A stretch of 64,000 nt of DNA. Origin: Antedon mediterranea (Eukaryota > Animalia > Echinodermata). The stretch is taken from NCBI RefSeq assembly GCF_964355755.1, contig NC_092671.1, positions 36,094,304 to 36,158,303 of the forward strand, written 5' to 3'. Each line of letters starts with the position of its first letter. The stretch's first letter is position 1. The notes below the pieces were generated by a model. It ran no database searches. It was not told the origin of the DNA and was given only the letters and a program-made list of their open reading frames with translations. The position numbers and the translations under genes were made by a program. This document shows positions 1-14,500 of the stretch, one piece after another.

Positions 1-1143
1 GCTTATCAATCAAATAAATACTTTCGTTCAAAATGAAACTCCAACCTCTCTAATCAAAAGATTGAACTCGAAAACGGACCGTTTTTTTTAATTGGTTATG
101 TTGAAACATTTCAATATTCATTTAAAAAAGTACATTAATTATGGTATTGATCAGTGGCTATAGAGGCGTAAAAACCCTCGGTCAATATTATGTAAAATGC
201 ACTGTGGAAGGGTCATTATTAAGACTGCAAAATTGGGCTTATCAACAAATAAATACTTTCGTTCAAAATGTAAAATCAAGGCTGAAAAATTGGGCTTATC
301 AACAACAAAATATTTTATTATTAGACGCGATAACATCAAGGATAATCAGTATAATTATTAATATAGCCACTGTTACTAGTTTTATTCTACATGCTAAAGT
401 AAATAAAAATCCACTAGAAAACAAGCAAGTCTGAATGTTATGCTTATTTAATATTAGCCATGTTATGTTTGTTACTGTAGGCCTATGATTGTTTGCAATG
501 TCCACATATTATTTCCGTGGGCATATCCATAGTGTATCACTCACAAAAAAGACGTGTGAGGTTCTTTCTTTAGATTTTGAAGAATGATTTGTGTTATAGG
601 TTGACACAAGAGTCAAATGCTCAAGATATCGGCTAACGCCATGGGACCCTTGGCTTATCAATGAATAATAAATACAGTACTACTTTCGTTCAATTGAAAT
701 CGGAATCTGACCGTTTCATTAAATTGGGTGTGATTAGGCCTAAACATATAATAATTTATTAAAAAGGTACAATAAAAACAAATGCATCAGAGGCGTAAAG
801 AACCCACGGTCAATATCATGTAAAATGTATATGGTATAAGTACTGTGGAAGGGGTCATTATTATTAAACTGGAAAATTCGGCTTATCAACAAATAAATAC
901 TTTCGTTTAAAATGTAAAATAAGACTGCAAAATTGGGCTTATCAACAAATAAATACTTTCGTTCAAAATGTAAAATAAGACTGCACAATTGGGCTTATCA
1001 ACAAATAAAATACTTTTTTTTTCAAAATGTAAAATTAAGACTGGAAAATTGAGCTTATAAACAAATAAATACTTTTTTTCAAAATGTAAAATTAAGACTG
1101 GAAAATTGGGCTTATAAACAAATAAATACTTCCGTTCAAAATG
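1..1143. repeat. Minisatellite with a unit of about 56 bp, inside a larger imperfect duplication
   Basis: AAGACTGCAAAATTGGGCTTATCAACAAATAAATACTTTCGTTCAAAATGTAAAAT occurs about 5 times at 865-1143, with further copies at 1-38, 220-310 and 650-700. Confidence 0.85.
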
Positions 1144-1834
1144 GAAGAAAACTTTTTTTAAATATAATCCTTAAGCTCTGTCTATACTATCAAACTAAAT
1201 ATGATGTGCCCATATTATATAGACATGACGATGTCATATCACTACGATAATCGGGCATATCACTACCATATTTGGGCACATCACACTTTTTTTGTTAAAC
1301 TAGTTGGGACAGTGTAGACACAGAACTATGTGATCGAAACATAAGTCGGAATTGGACTGACGCGATTGATTTAATTGGGTATTTTTATTAATGTAATGAT
1401 TCATTAAAAATAATACCGATACGCGTTATGTATTGATCAATGGTGCAAAAAACCCTGAGAAATAATGTTATAACGCGATTTGGTGATAGCTTAGCAATAA
1501 TACAACCCATATACTATTATTATAAATACCTATTACAAATCCATTCATATAACTTTTCATCGCGAACCGAAAATGTATAAATGTTATTCTACAGACAGTA
1601 ATTACATATTCAAAAGCCATATTATTATTATTATCAATACCTAAATGCGATAGTAATAACCACATACATTATTCCCAATACAAGTTTGTGCGTTTAATTC
1701 TAGAAAGAAACGACTGTGCTGACAGGCCAATGACATAAATCACAAGTCCCAATTGTTCACTTGCGTTTTGATTGGCCGACCTGTTATATTAGATTAATGA
1801 AGACTGTTCTTACAACTGTCCAGTCAAAAAGTTA

Positions 1835-2365
1835 CGCGGCGTTTTTTGTAAGAAATATTTCTTGTTTTATATGTGAATAAATATTATTTTTTTGTTACAG
1901 AAGTCACGTGAATACTCAATTTCTGTCACTTTAGTTAATTTTATTGCTAAGGTCAAATCTGGGGGTCACTTCATCACCCGAGATATTTCAATTGTGAAGT
2001 ATCCTATTACAAACACAAACTTTAATGGACTGTTTCGATAATAATTCAATGAATATCTGACAGAAATGCTTAGGGATTTGTAATTTTAGCATGACATGTC
2101 CTAATAGACTCTTTCCCAGACGTTTTTTGGGTCTACTGTAGCAGCTGGAAGAATCAATAAATCATAGTGGAGTTTCCATTTTCACAAAACTGTCTGTCCT
2201 TAGAACTATAACTGCTGCTTGCTTTAGCTTCTGATTGAGTAGTCCTAATGGGACATAGCGGGCTAGAGCAGCAGCGTGAAAAAAAATAATGCGGTCGAGA
2301 TGGTTGAGGAGAGAGAAAAGAACGAATGGATAATACGTCTAGCAGTGTCAAGGGTCAGATATTTA
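1835..2365 (+). repeat. Old interspersed repeat just upstream of the LMBR1 ATG, with a diverged inverted copy at about 34963-36030
   Basis: Shared blocks, e.g. GCTAAGGTCAAATCTGGGGGTCACTTCATCAC versus the reverse complement at 35932-35965, and TAGCGGGCTAGAGCAGCAGCGTGAAAA versus 34964-34990. Confidence 0.75.
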
Positions 2366-2503
2366 TTTACATTTCAAAATCGTTCCAAAAAAATCTGTCA
2401 AGTTGTGAAATACATTCAGCTAGAAAATGTTAATAATGTGTGCTGTACCTAATAGAACCGTCATTTTAATGAAAAACCAAACTTAGGCTAGGTTGCCAAC
2501 AGA

Positions 2504-5500
2504 ATGGCGGGTGTAGAAGAACGAGATTGGAACCCAAGTGAACAGGTTTTCCACGATGCTGTCCGAGAGAACTTGGTAAGACACGAGCTCGCTAGCCTAG
2601 GCCCTAGGCCTAGTAGTATAAGTTAGCCTCACTCAAAAAAAGGGGAGTAGGCCATCCGCCTCCTAGCTAGGCCAAGGCTTAAGCCTAGAGTGGAGACCGG
2701 AGAAGCAGGCAGGTTGGAGCCTGCCTGGCAGTCAACTAGTCTTATGCCCTTAGATAGCCCAGTATACAGTCAGTGATAGTTTATGTAACTAGACATTAAA
2801 GCTTAATGATTTGATTATGATGAAGGAAAGTAACATGATGCTTCCCCTAATTAATAAATAATCAATAATTATAATAAATAAGCCTAGGCCTAGGCCTAGT
2901 ATTATCTAGGCCTAGCTAGCCTACTGTTGTTATAATATTAATAATACAGTACTTAATTAATAGTTTATTTTATAGGTTAGAGAGGGGCTACTAGAGCCTA
3001 GCTACAACAAGTTGTTTTAAAATTATAAAAAGCTCACGCATGCACATTATTTATGCAAATAAATGTTAAAAAAACACAATTAGTTTCTATGCCTCTACAA
3101 TGTGTTTCTCTTTTTTTTTAGATTGATTTCCTATTCTTTGCATTCCTATATATGGTGTCATATGCAATCATTTATAAATTCAAGCGACGCCCAGATAAGG
3201 AGGATTATTTCTCATGTGAGTATTTAGAAAAAAAGTTCATTACAGCTCAGCTCATACAGCTCAAAAAGGTTGCTGCCTATCTCTGTTCCATTTCTTGACA
3301 AATATCGTAAATAATAGTTTCTTACACTTTACAGTCTCGTTTGTGCTACATTTTTTGCATTCAAACAAGAGAATTTATTAAATTAAAATACAATCTACCA
3401 ATGATGCACTTGTCAATTGTATGACCCACTATACGACCCCCGGGAGAGGTGCGTCATTTACAAATAATTACTGACGCAGGGGTGCGTCAAAAAACCTAGA
3501 TGGTACGTCACATCAATAAACAAGGTGTGTCAATGTCCGTCACTTTACCACCCACCATATCATAAACAACATGGTCAGAGTGCGTCAAAATGGGTGCGTC
3601 ATGGTCACCTAAAGGTAAGTCACCTTTTTGACGCACGGGTGCGTCATGGTATTTAAAAGTATGACGCACATCGGACAAATGACGCACCTCTCCCGGGGGT
3701 CGTATAGTTGGTCATACAATTGACAAGTGCATAATGATAAAGATTTTTAAATATTTAAAAATATCTAGGAAGACATATGAGTTAACTGTATGCACATGTT
3801 GAGGGACGCAATTTATTTTTTAGTTTATAAAAGATGTATTGCCCCAAAAACATGGGGGAAAAAGAGAGAGAGAAAAGGACAATTGGATAATACATCTAGC
3901 AGCAGTGTCAGGGGTCAAATATCATATCGAAATCACATCGTTGATTTTCTTATGGACAGATTAAATATTAACTTTATATCATTTATTTGACATCAACTGT
4001 AAACTTGTATCACATACAAACATTCAATACATAATTGTTAAGAATAACTATAGGAAGAACCCAACTACCTTTTGTTGTTTCAGTTCATTTTATGTACTGT
4101 ATATTGTAATTATCAAATGTAAACAAAACATACAGAGAAATAACTTTTTTTTATTAATGCAAATTAATAGGTTTTCTGTGTAAATGTTTTGTATGTGAAA
4201 GCAATAAATTACTGCCAATCCATTAGTTTGGGCACTTGACTGAATAAAAAATACAGACGATTTAAATGGTCTAGCCTTAGGCAAGTTTTACATTTTTACT
4301 GGTCGCATTGATACAGAATTTAGAGTTCCTTTTTTATTAATAATTTAATAACATAATTAATCAACAGCTATTTTGATTTCAAGTGTAAACTGTTTAGTTT
4401 GATGCGTTGTTGGTTAGATGCTACAGTACCACCAATGTGTAATTGTCGGAGTACTAAATACTAATAGAATCAGTACACTCTAAATTTGTGACTTTAAGTA
4501 TGTATACCCATCTGTATTAATTATGGGTAATTTTCCATGGAATTTAAATTTGAAACAAAAGGCCCCTATTTTGTTTTCTTCATACTCATCCAACAGCAAA
4601 AACTGTAGTGTAATTCTCTAATTTACAGGATGGTTGGATAGCATTATCTTTCTTTCTTTCTTTCTTTATTTACCCATAAATATAAATTATAAACATTGTA
4701 ATATACAAATAATAATAATTATATCAAGGGAAGGGCTAAAAAATAGTTAAAACTAATCAAGTTCAGCCCCTAAACATTGAAATATAAATAGTTATATAAA
4801 TAAATTAGGGCTACTTGTCTAAAATAAAATTAATATACATAAACATTTTTTTTTTTTTTTTTTTTAAATACACTTTCTCTCAAATATATACAATATAATT
4901 CTCTTATAAAATAAATAAATATCACTATACAAACAAATAGTATGTTTTCATTTCTTTTTTGAATTTGCTTTTTGTTAGAAACCTTAAATCATCCGGGATT
5001 TCATTCCAGAGCTTTGCACCAGAATACTTGATGGAATGTTGTCCTATGTTTGTTCTATATTTTGGTACATACAACTTTTCTCTAGTCTGAGACCTTGATG
5101 AATAACGAAAATTAATATACAAAAAATATTTAGGAGTTGTATCTGGAAATTTACCATGTAAACTATCATGAACAAATAAAGTAATTAAATACTGATGCTG
5201 CTGATAAATATTTAAAATTTTAAGTTCTTTGAATAATAATGATGTTGGTGCTAGTCTATCAGAATGAGTCAATGTGCGTATAATACGTTTTTGTGTTAAA
5301 TATACTGGTTTTAAATGAGTTTTATAAGTGTTACCCCAAGCTTCTAATGCAAATGAAATATGAGGCAAAATAAAACAATTATATAAAAGCACCAAAATTG
5401 ATTGGGGTACAACATATTTAAGTTTGTACAATAAACCAGCCTTAGAACTAATAATTTTATTAACCTTATTAGAATGCACTTTCCATGTAAGTCTATTATC

Positions 5501-8500
5501 TATATCTACCCCAATGTAAGTTGTAGCTTCAACTTCATCTAATTTTGATTCCTTTATGTATATCCCCCTTTACTTCAATTATTGTATGCCGATTACGAAA
5601 TATAATATAATTTGTCTTTTTAGAATTAATTGTCAACTTATTAACATCACACCAATCTACTATATGTTTCAACTGCTCATTTACATTTGTTAGGTCAACA
5701 ATTTCATGTGGATTAAAAGAACAAAATAAACTAGTATCATCTGCAAATAATCGTGTATCAAAAAAGTCAGAAGAGTTTACAATATCATTTACATAAATAA
5801 GAAACAATGTAGGTCCTAAGACCGACCCTTGTGGTACTCCACAAGTTATTGAATTCTCATTAGACTCTATTCCATTTACACTGATACATTGCTTCCTATT
5901 ATATAAATAATTTTTAAATAAAGCTAATGGCAACCCTCTTATCCCATATGCACTTAACTTATCCAGTAGTATTTGATGATTGACTGTATCGAATGCTTTC
6001 TTTAGATCTAAAAATATTCCAACAACTATGTTTCCCTTATCTAATTTCTCAGACAAATTTTGTACTAACTCAATAATAGCAAGTTTTGTGCTGTACCCTT
6101 CTCTAAATCCATACTGTTGATGATATAATAAATCAAATTTACTTAAATAACATAAAAGTTGCTTATTTATAATTTTCTCAAATACTTTACTAAATTGTGG
6201 CAATACAGATATTGGTCTGTAATTCCCTGGATCTGATGGCAGACCCTTTTTAAATAATGGAAATACCTTTGCTTTTTTTAAGTCATCAGGGAAGATCCCT
6301 GTAGATAGTGACAAATTAATTATATACGTAAAGGGTCTAGATATATAATCTGCTGCATATATAATTAATTTAGGATTAATTTGGTCCAAGCCTACAGCTT
6401 TATTCTTATCTAAACCCTTTAAGATATCATTTACTTCTTCATCAACAACATAATTGAAAAATAATGAATTCTGGGGTACAGTTGATAAATATATATTATG
6501 ATTTACATTTGTGTTATCAATACATTCTTCTGCAAGATTTTTTCCAATTGAAACAAAATAATCATTAAAACCATTAATTATTGCTGTTTGATTAGTTTCT
6601 ATATTAACATTGCCATCACATGATTTAATTTCTAATTTATTAGGTAATTTCATTTTTTTCTTACCTCTTCCTAAAATATCATTAATAATTTCCCATATTT
6701 TATTTGTATTACCACACTTTTCTTCAAATTGATCTGAGTAATATTTCTGTTTTGCTGTTCTTAAGGTGTTTGTAAGACAATTTCGATATCGTTTATACTT
6801 TGCTAACATATCTACATTGTAATTACTTTTTATTACCTTTGAAAATAACCTATGTTTATGCTTAATTGATTTTTTTATACTAGAATTAATCCATGGTTTC
6901 TTTAGTTTCTTTCTTGGGTTAACAGTTTTTAAAACTAATGGTGCATGTTTATTACAAACTTCTAGAAATAACCTTTTAAACTCTGTGTAAGCAGAATTTA
7001 CCTCTTGACTATCAAATACTTCAGACCAATTTACACTCATAAGATCATGTTGGAAGTGTTGGATTTTAAACTTGGAAAATTTTCTAAATTTGATTTGATC
7101 AGTCTGTTGGAAGTAGTCATTAAAGTTCTCTAACATACAAAAAGTAGCCAAATGGTCTGATATATCTAATTCTATGGTTCCTGAAGTTAAAAATCTAGAA
7201 TGGATATTTGTATATACATGATCAATTGTTGTTCTTGAACTACTGGTTATTCGTGTATATACATTAATAAGTTGTATAAAGTTTAAGCAAGACAAGCTAT
7301 TTTTTAGACTTAAAGCATCTGCAGCATTTAAATTACTTGCATTAATATCAAAATCCCCAATTAATATGCATTCAGTACCTTGTTGTTTAATATTTGCAAG
7401 TGACAATTCTAGGCTTTCAATAAATTCCTCAACGTTTGTATTTGGTTGCCTATATAAAACTCCAACTATGAGGGATTTATTTTGACCAACATCTATTTCC
7501 AGCCATAAAGACTCAGAATGATGTACATTATAATCAATAGCCGTATAATTAATTGAATCATGTATGTACGCTCCTACTCCACCTCCTCTTTGATTAATAC
7601 GACATTTAGTTTCCAACGAGTAATTATTCATTTTAAACAAATCCTTGTTTGTAACTTGCCACACTTCCGACAAGGCTATAATTTTAAATTTACTTTGAAC
7701 CAATTCCTCATAAAATAATTTAAATTCTTCAAAGTTCTTGTTAAGCGATCTAATATTAATGTGAGATACTGAAAACACTGATTGAGATTTATTATCAAAA
7801 AAATTACAAAATTCAGATGACGAATATGTCTTACAGATGTAATTGATAATCTAGATTTTGGTTAGCCATTAAAACCATATAAATAAATATTTAAGTACAG
7901 AAAAACTATTAGCATTATTATACAATTTTACCAATATCATCTTCACTATTAATAACAATCAACATTGAACCCTGTTGTTTGCGTACATAGATGCGCCCAT
8001 TGTATGTCCACAAATACTTATAGTTCTTTGTCTTCCTTATATCGTTTATTTTTCCCATAAGACTACGTTTCTTTTGAGTTAAGTTTTCATTAACATATAT
8101 GTGGTTTTTACCTGTCTATCCAAGCATATCAGTAGTTGTATTCCTAATCTTTTTCCTGTCATTATATACTTGATCACGCTTCTTTCTGCTGCAAAATTTG
8201 ACAATTATTGGTCTGTCTGTTCTATCTCGATTACCAATCCTATGTGACGCCTCGATGTCCTCTTTTTTTATACTAACTGTCGATTTCCTTTAGAACTTTC
8301 AGTGCAATATCTTCAGTATTTTCATTTGCAATTTGTGATATACCTCTTATTTCAATATTCTCTCGTCTGCTATACTGATTCTGTTCATCCTGCTCTTTCT
8401 CTAATTTCTCCACTCTTCTCGTAAGATCTTCGTTATCTTCTTTCAGTTGTTTATTTTCTTGCTCAATGCTTTTCATCTTAACACAGTTTTCTTCAATTAG

Positions 8501-11500
8501 TTTGTTAAAGAATTCCATGGACGATTTGATTTCCCTCATATTTTCTAAGAGACTGGGTATAAACTTGACTTGGTCTTTTATATCAGATAGTTGTTTCAAA
8601 ACTGCATCTGTTGGAATATCATCTGCCGAGTCTTCATCTCCAACTATTAACACCTCATCCTCTTTCCCTTTTCCTTTAACGGTCTTAGGTCTAGGCATCC
8701 TTGTTTGTTGTATAGCCTATTCCCACGTGTACTCTTGCTCACCTCACTCAGCTAGTCACTAGAGTGAACACTGCCTGGCTAGTAGCTTCCGGTTTGTGGC
8801 CTAGGCCTAGCTTTTGGATAACGTGTTAACATCAGATTCAAACCAAACCAGGTGCTAATTTTACAGAATCCCAACATAAATAAGATATAAATGACACTTA
8901 ACCACAAATTCTGTTTATAAAATAATTAAAACCGGATAATTTTGGAGCCCTTGAGAGAGCAAATGTCAAACTCTGTTTATACTACTAAACTTTATGTGAC
9001 AAAAAATATGTGATGTGCACATATGGATGATGATGTCATATCACTACCATAATTGGGCACATCACTCCTTTAAGTGTCATTTGAGAAAGATTTAAATTTT
9101 TTGTCGCATTCATTGAGAGAGTGGAGACTTAACAGAAACTATGACACTACAGACAGTAGGTCAGGATTGTTCAACCATGAACCTTGGGATTGGAAGGCAA
9201 ACATCTTAACACTCTAAGGGCCTGTTCAGACCTATGGACCGTGTACAATACGAAAGCATAACTTTTATTTTGTAGTTAAATATGAAATTGTGTCAGTATA
9301 AACACAACTAGTAAAAACAACTTTGACAATATTGATTCTTTCAGATGATGTAGAGGATGCCATGGTATACAAAATCTCGCTTTGGATTTGTGTGTTCACT
9401 TTAGCAGTGTCATGTGGCGCAGTCCTTTTGCTACCATTTACAATTGCTAGCAATGAGGTACTGCTTCGATACCCTAACAGCTATTACATGCGATGGCTCA
9501 ATGATGCTTTAGTTCACGGTAAGTAAGATAAGATTTGATAGTTATATACTTTCATAGGTTCCAGAGAAGATAGATGTTTTAGAGATTGTTTTTCTTTTGT
9601 ATACAATTACAATGAATTCTTTATCATAAAGTTTCTTTAATTCATCAACATAAACATATAGTAAAAAGCATAAAAACAGCTGTAGTATTTGCTTTAGGTT
9701 GGTATAGATTTCCCTTACATTTCTGTCTGGCTTCATATGGATGGGTAATACATACTACTGCAGTGTAACAATTCAAAATAATGTGAAATATTATAAGATA
9801 ACTGTATATTGCATTTATTCAAATCTGATTTACATACAAACAGTATGTCATGCAGTAAAAGCATAATTAAAATTCAAGGCTAATTATTACGGATAGTAGG
9901 AGTATTAGTAATTAATTTTATGAGAGAAATGACATTTTAAACAGATGACTCTGAGTTGGAATTAGAGATATTTGCAATTTCATGTGTTGCCTAATAAAAA
10001 TATGGGTTTAAAAAATTATGCAGTATTTATTGAAAAGCTTTTTTTATTTTTCAATTGATATAGAAAAGACTTTTCTAACCGGTAGAAAGCTATTTCTACA
10101 CTGACAAACCTTATGTGACAAAAAAATGTGATGTTGCCCATATATGGACATGATGATATCATATCACTGCTAAATTTGGGCATATCATTATCACTACCAT
10201 ACTTGGACACATTCACACTTTTTTTGTCAAACTAGTTTGACAAAAAACATTTGGATGTTCATCTAAAAATGTGTACAGTAGTTCCTGTATTATTCTGTTT
10301 TAATCCAAAACCAATGATTATAATTAATTAAAGGCAATAATTAAATGTTTCTTTATATAAACAGCGAGAAATAATTATAATAATTATTTATGTCCTTTTA
10401 CTTATTATTTTCAGGGCTTTGGAATTTAATATTCTTATTTTCCAACTTTGCCTTATTTGTGTTGATTCCATTTGCTTATTTATTCACTGAGTCTGAAGGA
10501 TTTTCTGGATCAAAAAAGGTATAGCTATTATTTCTTAAATCAACAGTCAATTCTCCAAAAATAGCTGGGCTCAACACCTAAAAAGCATTTGCCGAAAATT
10601 TCTGTATACGTACAGTATAGTGTTTAAAATAGGTACAAAATTGAGACCTTTTGGATTACGAAATGTCTGGGTTTTTGGAAAGTTCATTACAATACATATT
10701 ATTATTCATAACAACTGTTCTTCAGATATTATACATTTGAAAAGGACATAATGCTTTGGTCCTGTTTCTGCTGCATAAAAAAACAAAATAACGATTATTC
10801 ATTCACCTTATGTCAACTACATTGCAGTAACGTTTGAATTGACCGCCAGAGCCCATTGCATTTTGGGTAATGCTAATGATTTCTGTCAACAATCACCCAC
10901 TGATTTAAGCAGGAGAAAAATTGAGCAGAAATGCAGTCGATATAAAAATTATATTTTAAATCTACTTTGAAAATAAACTGTTTATTCGGCACCATGCAGC
11001 AGAAACCTACCCTTTGTGAACAAGTATAATTGTTGATAGAAATGTTAATAGTTTTTTTGTCACCTTCTATAGGGCATCATCTCCCGCCTGTATGAGACAC
11101 TCATAATGCTGTTTCTATTAGCCCTATTGGTTTTTGGGCTTGTCTGGATAGCCACTGCACTTTTTGATGGAAATGAAAAAAGCAGGGAATCTTTTACAAG
11201 TGAGTTAACTTAAAATATTCATTTTTTCAAGAACAACTTCATACAAATTTCAATGCAAATTTCTCTTACTTCAACACTTTTGAAAATTTATTGTACAGTA
11301 TCTTTGTCCTTTTGGAAATTTTTGGAAAGGCAGTTGTGACATAAACTAGATCCCATAGGAGACCAAGATTCATAGTTATATATTATTATTAATATGTTGT
11401 CCCCCATCTAAATGATATTTTAATAAAATAATATTCATGTCATATATACTTTTTAGAGTATCAGTATTTTCCATCTGTTTTTCATGTCATTTCATTATTC

Positions 11501-14500
11501 ATAGAGTTGGTTTCCAATCTTCAGCCTAGCTATTAAAATATTTATTCCATTGGCCCAAAATATTAATAAATAATATTAATTCATATACTGTAGTGCACAT
11601 GAGCAGGCTCCCAATGCACTGTAAGTAAAGCTCTGTTTACACTATCAAACTTTATGTGACAAGAAAATGTGATGTGCCCATATATGGACATGATGATGTC
11701 ATATCACTAACATATTTGGGCACATTGCACTAGTTTGATAGTATAGACAGATATTAAGGCTGCTCATTAGACTTGATATGATTTTATTTTATGTAAAATT
11801 GTCTTTGGTCTGTGTGACAATTTCCAGTCAGAAACGTGGAAATGATTATAATTCATTATTAGTAGACAAATTGCTGAAATCGCTGCAATAATTTGAACAA
11901 TGAACAATACTTTCATTTTTATCTTATGTAATAAACTACACATTACCAAATGTTTATTCTGTATGGTTGGTTGACATATGGAGATATTTAAGTTAAATTT
12001 GTTTTATAAATGACCTTCAGAACCTGTCAGTTTTATATTAATTGTCTTTTACAATGTCATGTTTCCTTTATACTCCTATTGTTAACTTGATTGATTAGAT
12101 TAAAATGTCACATATATTTGATTACCTGACTTTAGTGTTTTTAAAAATTCCTATTTTAAGAAGTTTATAATAATTGTTAAATTACGAATTTCCACTGGTT
12201 TGCATACTATTACTATACTGATCATTCAGTTATTAATTTATACTGTTCACTGTTTTTAATTATTCACAATTGTTTATTATGCATTACAATGAGTTAAGTA
12301 TTGTCTCATGATTTTAATAATCTAGTAGGAAATAATAGTCTGGGGTGGATTCAATGAGGGCCAAGTCGGCCCAGCCCCCTCTAATTTCACAAATTTTAAT
12401 GCAAAGATAGGACATTCATTCATTTTATGTACATTTATTTTTACAGGTGTTTGGAACTACTATCTTCCTTTCCTTTACTCATGCATATCAATATTAGGCG
12501 TACTGATGCTACTTGGTAGGTTGGTAGTTCTTCAACTTTAACATCAAAATTACATTTTTGCAAATAACTTGAGTTGAACCTGAGTAAGCGGTCACCCTCA
12601 AGTCTGGAAAACGTTTCAGCTTTGATTATAAACACACAATATGTTTGAATGGTTGATAAAATGACCAAACACTGTGGAATCACACACTTACTTATCCCAG
12701 GGTCATTGGTTCAAATCCTCGAGTCTTCATCTGACACTAATAGCCAAGGCAGTGTTAATCTACCTTGCCTCACACACATGAGACTTTGGTTTAGAAAGCA
12801 TGTGTTTCTCATCCTGTAATTGGTGTAATTGTGTGCTTGCTGGTAAGTGTTAGTGGTGTGAAAATAAAAAAATTTAATAAATTAATTTGGAATTGAAAAA
12901 GGAGTTGGGTAGCCGAATGGTTAGGACACTCAACTTTCATACAGATAGACCCGGGTTAAATTCTCGACAACTCCTAGCCCACTCAGCTGTAAATGAGTAC
13001 CTAGTTGAAAATACTAGGGAGGATAAGGCGGCGTGGAAAGGAACAGGCCACCATATCACATAATTCCGAGGCTTAGTACAATGAGCTCCTAACAGCTCAT
13101 TCCCCTACGTTCAGAATAGACTCGCCTTTTCCTTTTACAACTTGAAAATCAGTATAACAACACATAATGTTCCTCATTTTATTTTTGAATAGTTTCAGCC
13201 CCTTTAGGATTTACAAGGATGTTTTCAGTGATAGGAGCCTTAGTAGTAAAACCGTTTTTTATTGAGGATGTCAAAGAGAAACTTTACACTGCCCAATTTG
13301 AAGAAGAGGACTTACAACGGAAGCTTAAAGGTAGTCAAGCGCCCTCAACATCTGATGGAAACATTTGCACGGAATGTAATAACACATGTTTTTTTTTAAC
13401 CTCACAAATAATCACCACCATTTACTGTATTAATTCATATAAATAAAATATTTTTAATTTTTTTTTTTTAACCTCACAAAAAGTTTTATAATTATTTAAA
13501 CCATACGCATTTTGGAACATAACATGTTATGACTGTCTTAATTTTAATTTTACCTGAATTTTATTGTTTTCACTATTTTTCATCTAAACCTCATTTTCAA
13601 TCATCTGTATTTATAAACAGTATCACTTATATTATCATCGTTTTAAATGTTTAACTTTTTAATTGTTTTATGTAAACACATCATAGTCTTGTTTTATTTG
13701 GTGGCTTGTTTGGTATTTTATTGGATTGTACCTGATTTGTAAATATTTATTTGTTGTGGTGTTTTGTAATATTTTTCACTAAACTGTAAACCTTTTTAAT
13801 TTACATTTGTCTATTCAGACCAAAAAAATCTTCTAATTCCATGGCTCTGTTGGTAGAACGAGTCTTCTGGTGGGATAAGGACTATAAACCAGTGTACATA
13901 TCTGGCTCTTCTGCACTTTAAAGAACCTAGTACATCTTTCGAGATAAGTAGGGGGTTACTGTTGCATACAGACACTTATCATAACTGATCAAGAGGGCCC
14001 CTTCATTGTTAACATACACTGTTTAGAGTCACCCTCTATAAATAAGGTTAAATAAATAAAAATAAACAATTGATGATATTTTTCATTTCAAACAAATAGT
14101 TGGAAATTATGCAATCAACATGAATCATGAAGAGTTGCAGGAAAGACTATATGTAGTGAATCGACAACGAAAGAACCTGGAGAGACGGGTACAATCATCA
14201 GCATGGCAGCGTAACTTAGGTTACCCATTGTTGTGGATCTTGTTGTTTGGTTTAACGTTGATTTCCTTATCAATGGTTTGTTGGAACGTCTTCCTTATGG
14301 TATTCGGTCTTGACACGCTGCCAGTCAACATCCGTGTAAGTTTAGCTAATAATTTATTAAAGATCTATTGTCCCCCAAAAACATGAAAAATGAAGATTAA
14401 TTAAATCAGACTTTGAATAGGTTATTTTGTAGTTTTAATTAAGTTAATCACTTCCGTAACAAAAAAAAACAAATAATGTTTTCTCATATAAAATGACAAA

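Larger units (their letters stand above)
4646..8965 (-). mobile_element. Near full-length, decayed CR1-group (L2/Crack/CR1-like) LINE in LMBR1 intron 2, antisense to host
   Basis: ORF1 followed by an APE endonuclease + RT ORF2. The 3' UTR has an imperfect stem-loop (about 4732-4770) and ends in AATAAA + (GAAA)n on the minus strand (about 4648-4671). The 5' boundary is approximate. Confidence 0.9.

Noticed and set aside
141-988. Short ORFs with repeated NWAYQQ / VDKPNF peptides
   Set aside because: They are translations of the 56-bp minisatellite.
3216-13192. Possible ZRS-like hedgehog enhancer in LMBR1 introns, by analogy with vertebrates
   Set aside because: I recognise no ZRS sequence, the introns are short and largely transposon-derived, and no hedgehog gene is in the window. 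This cannot be excluded without alignments.
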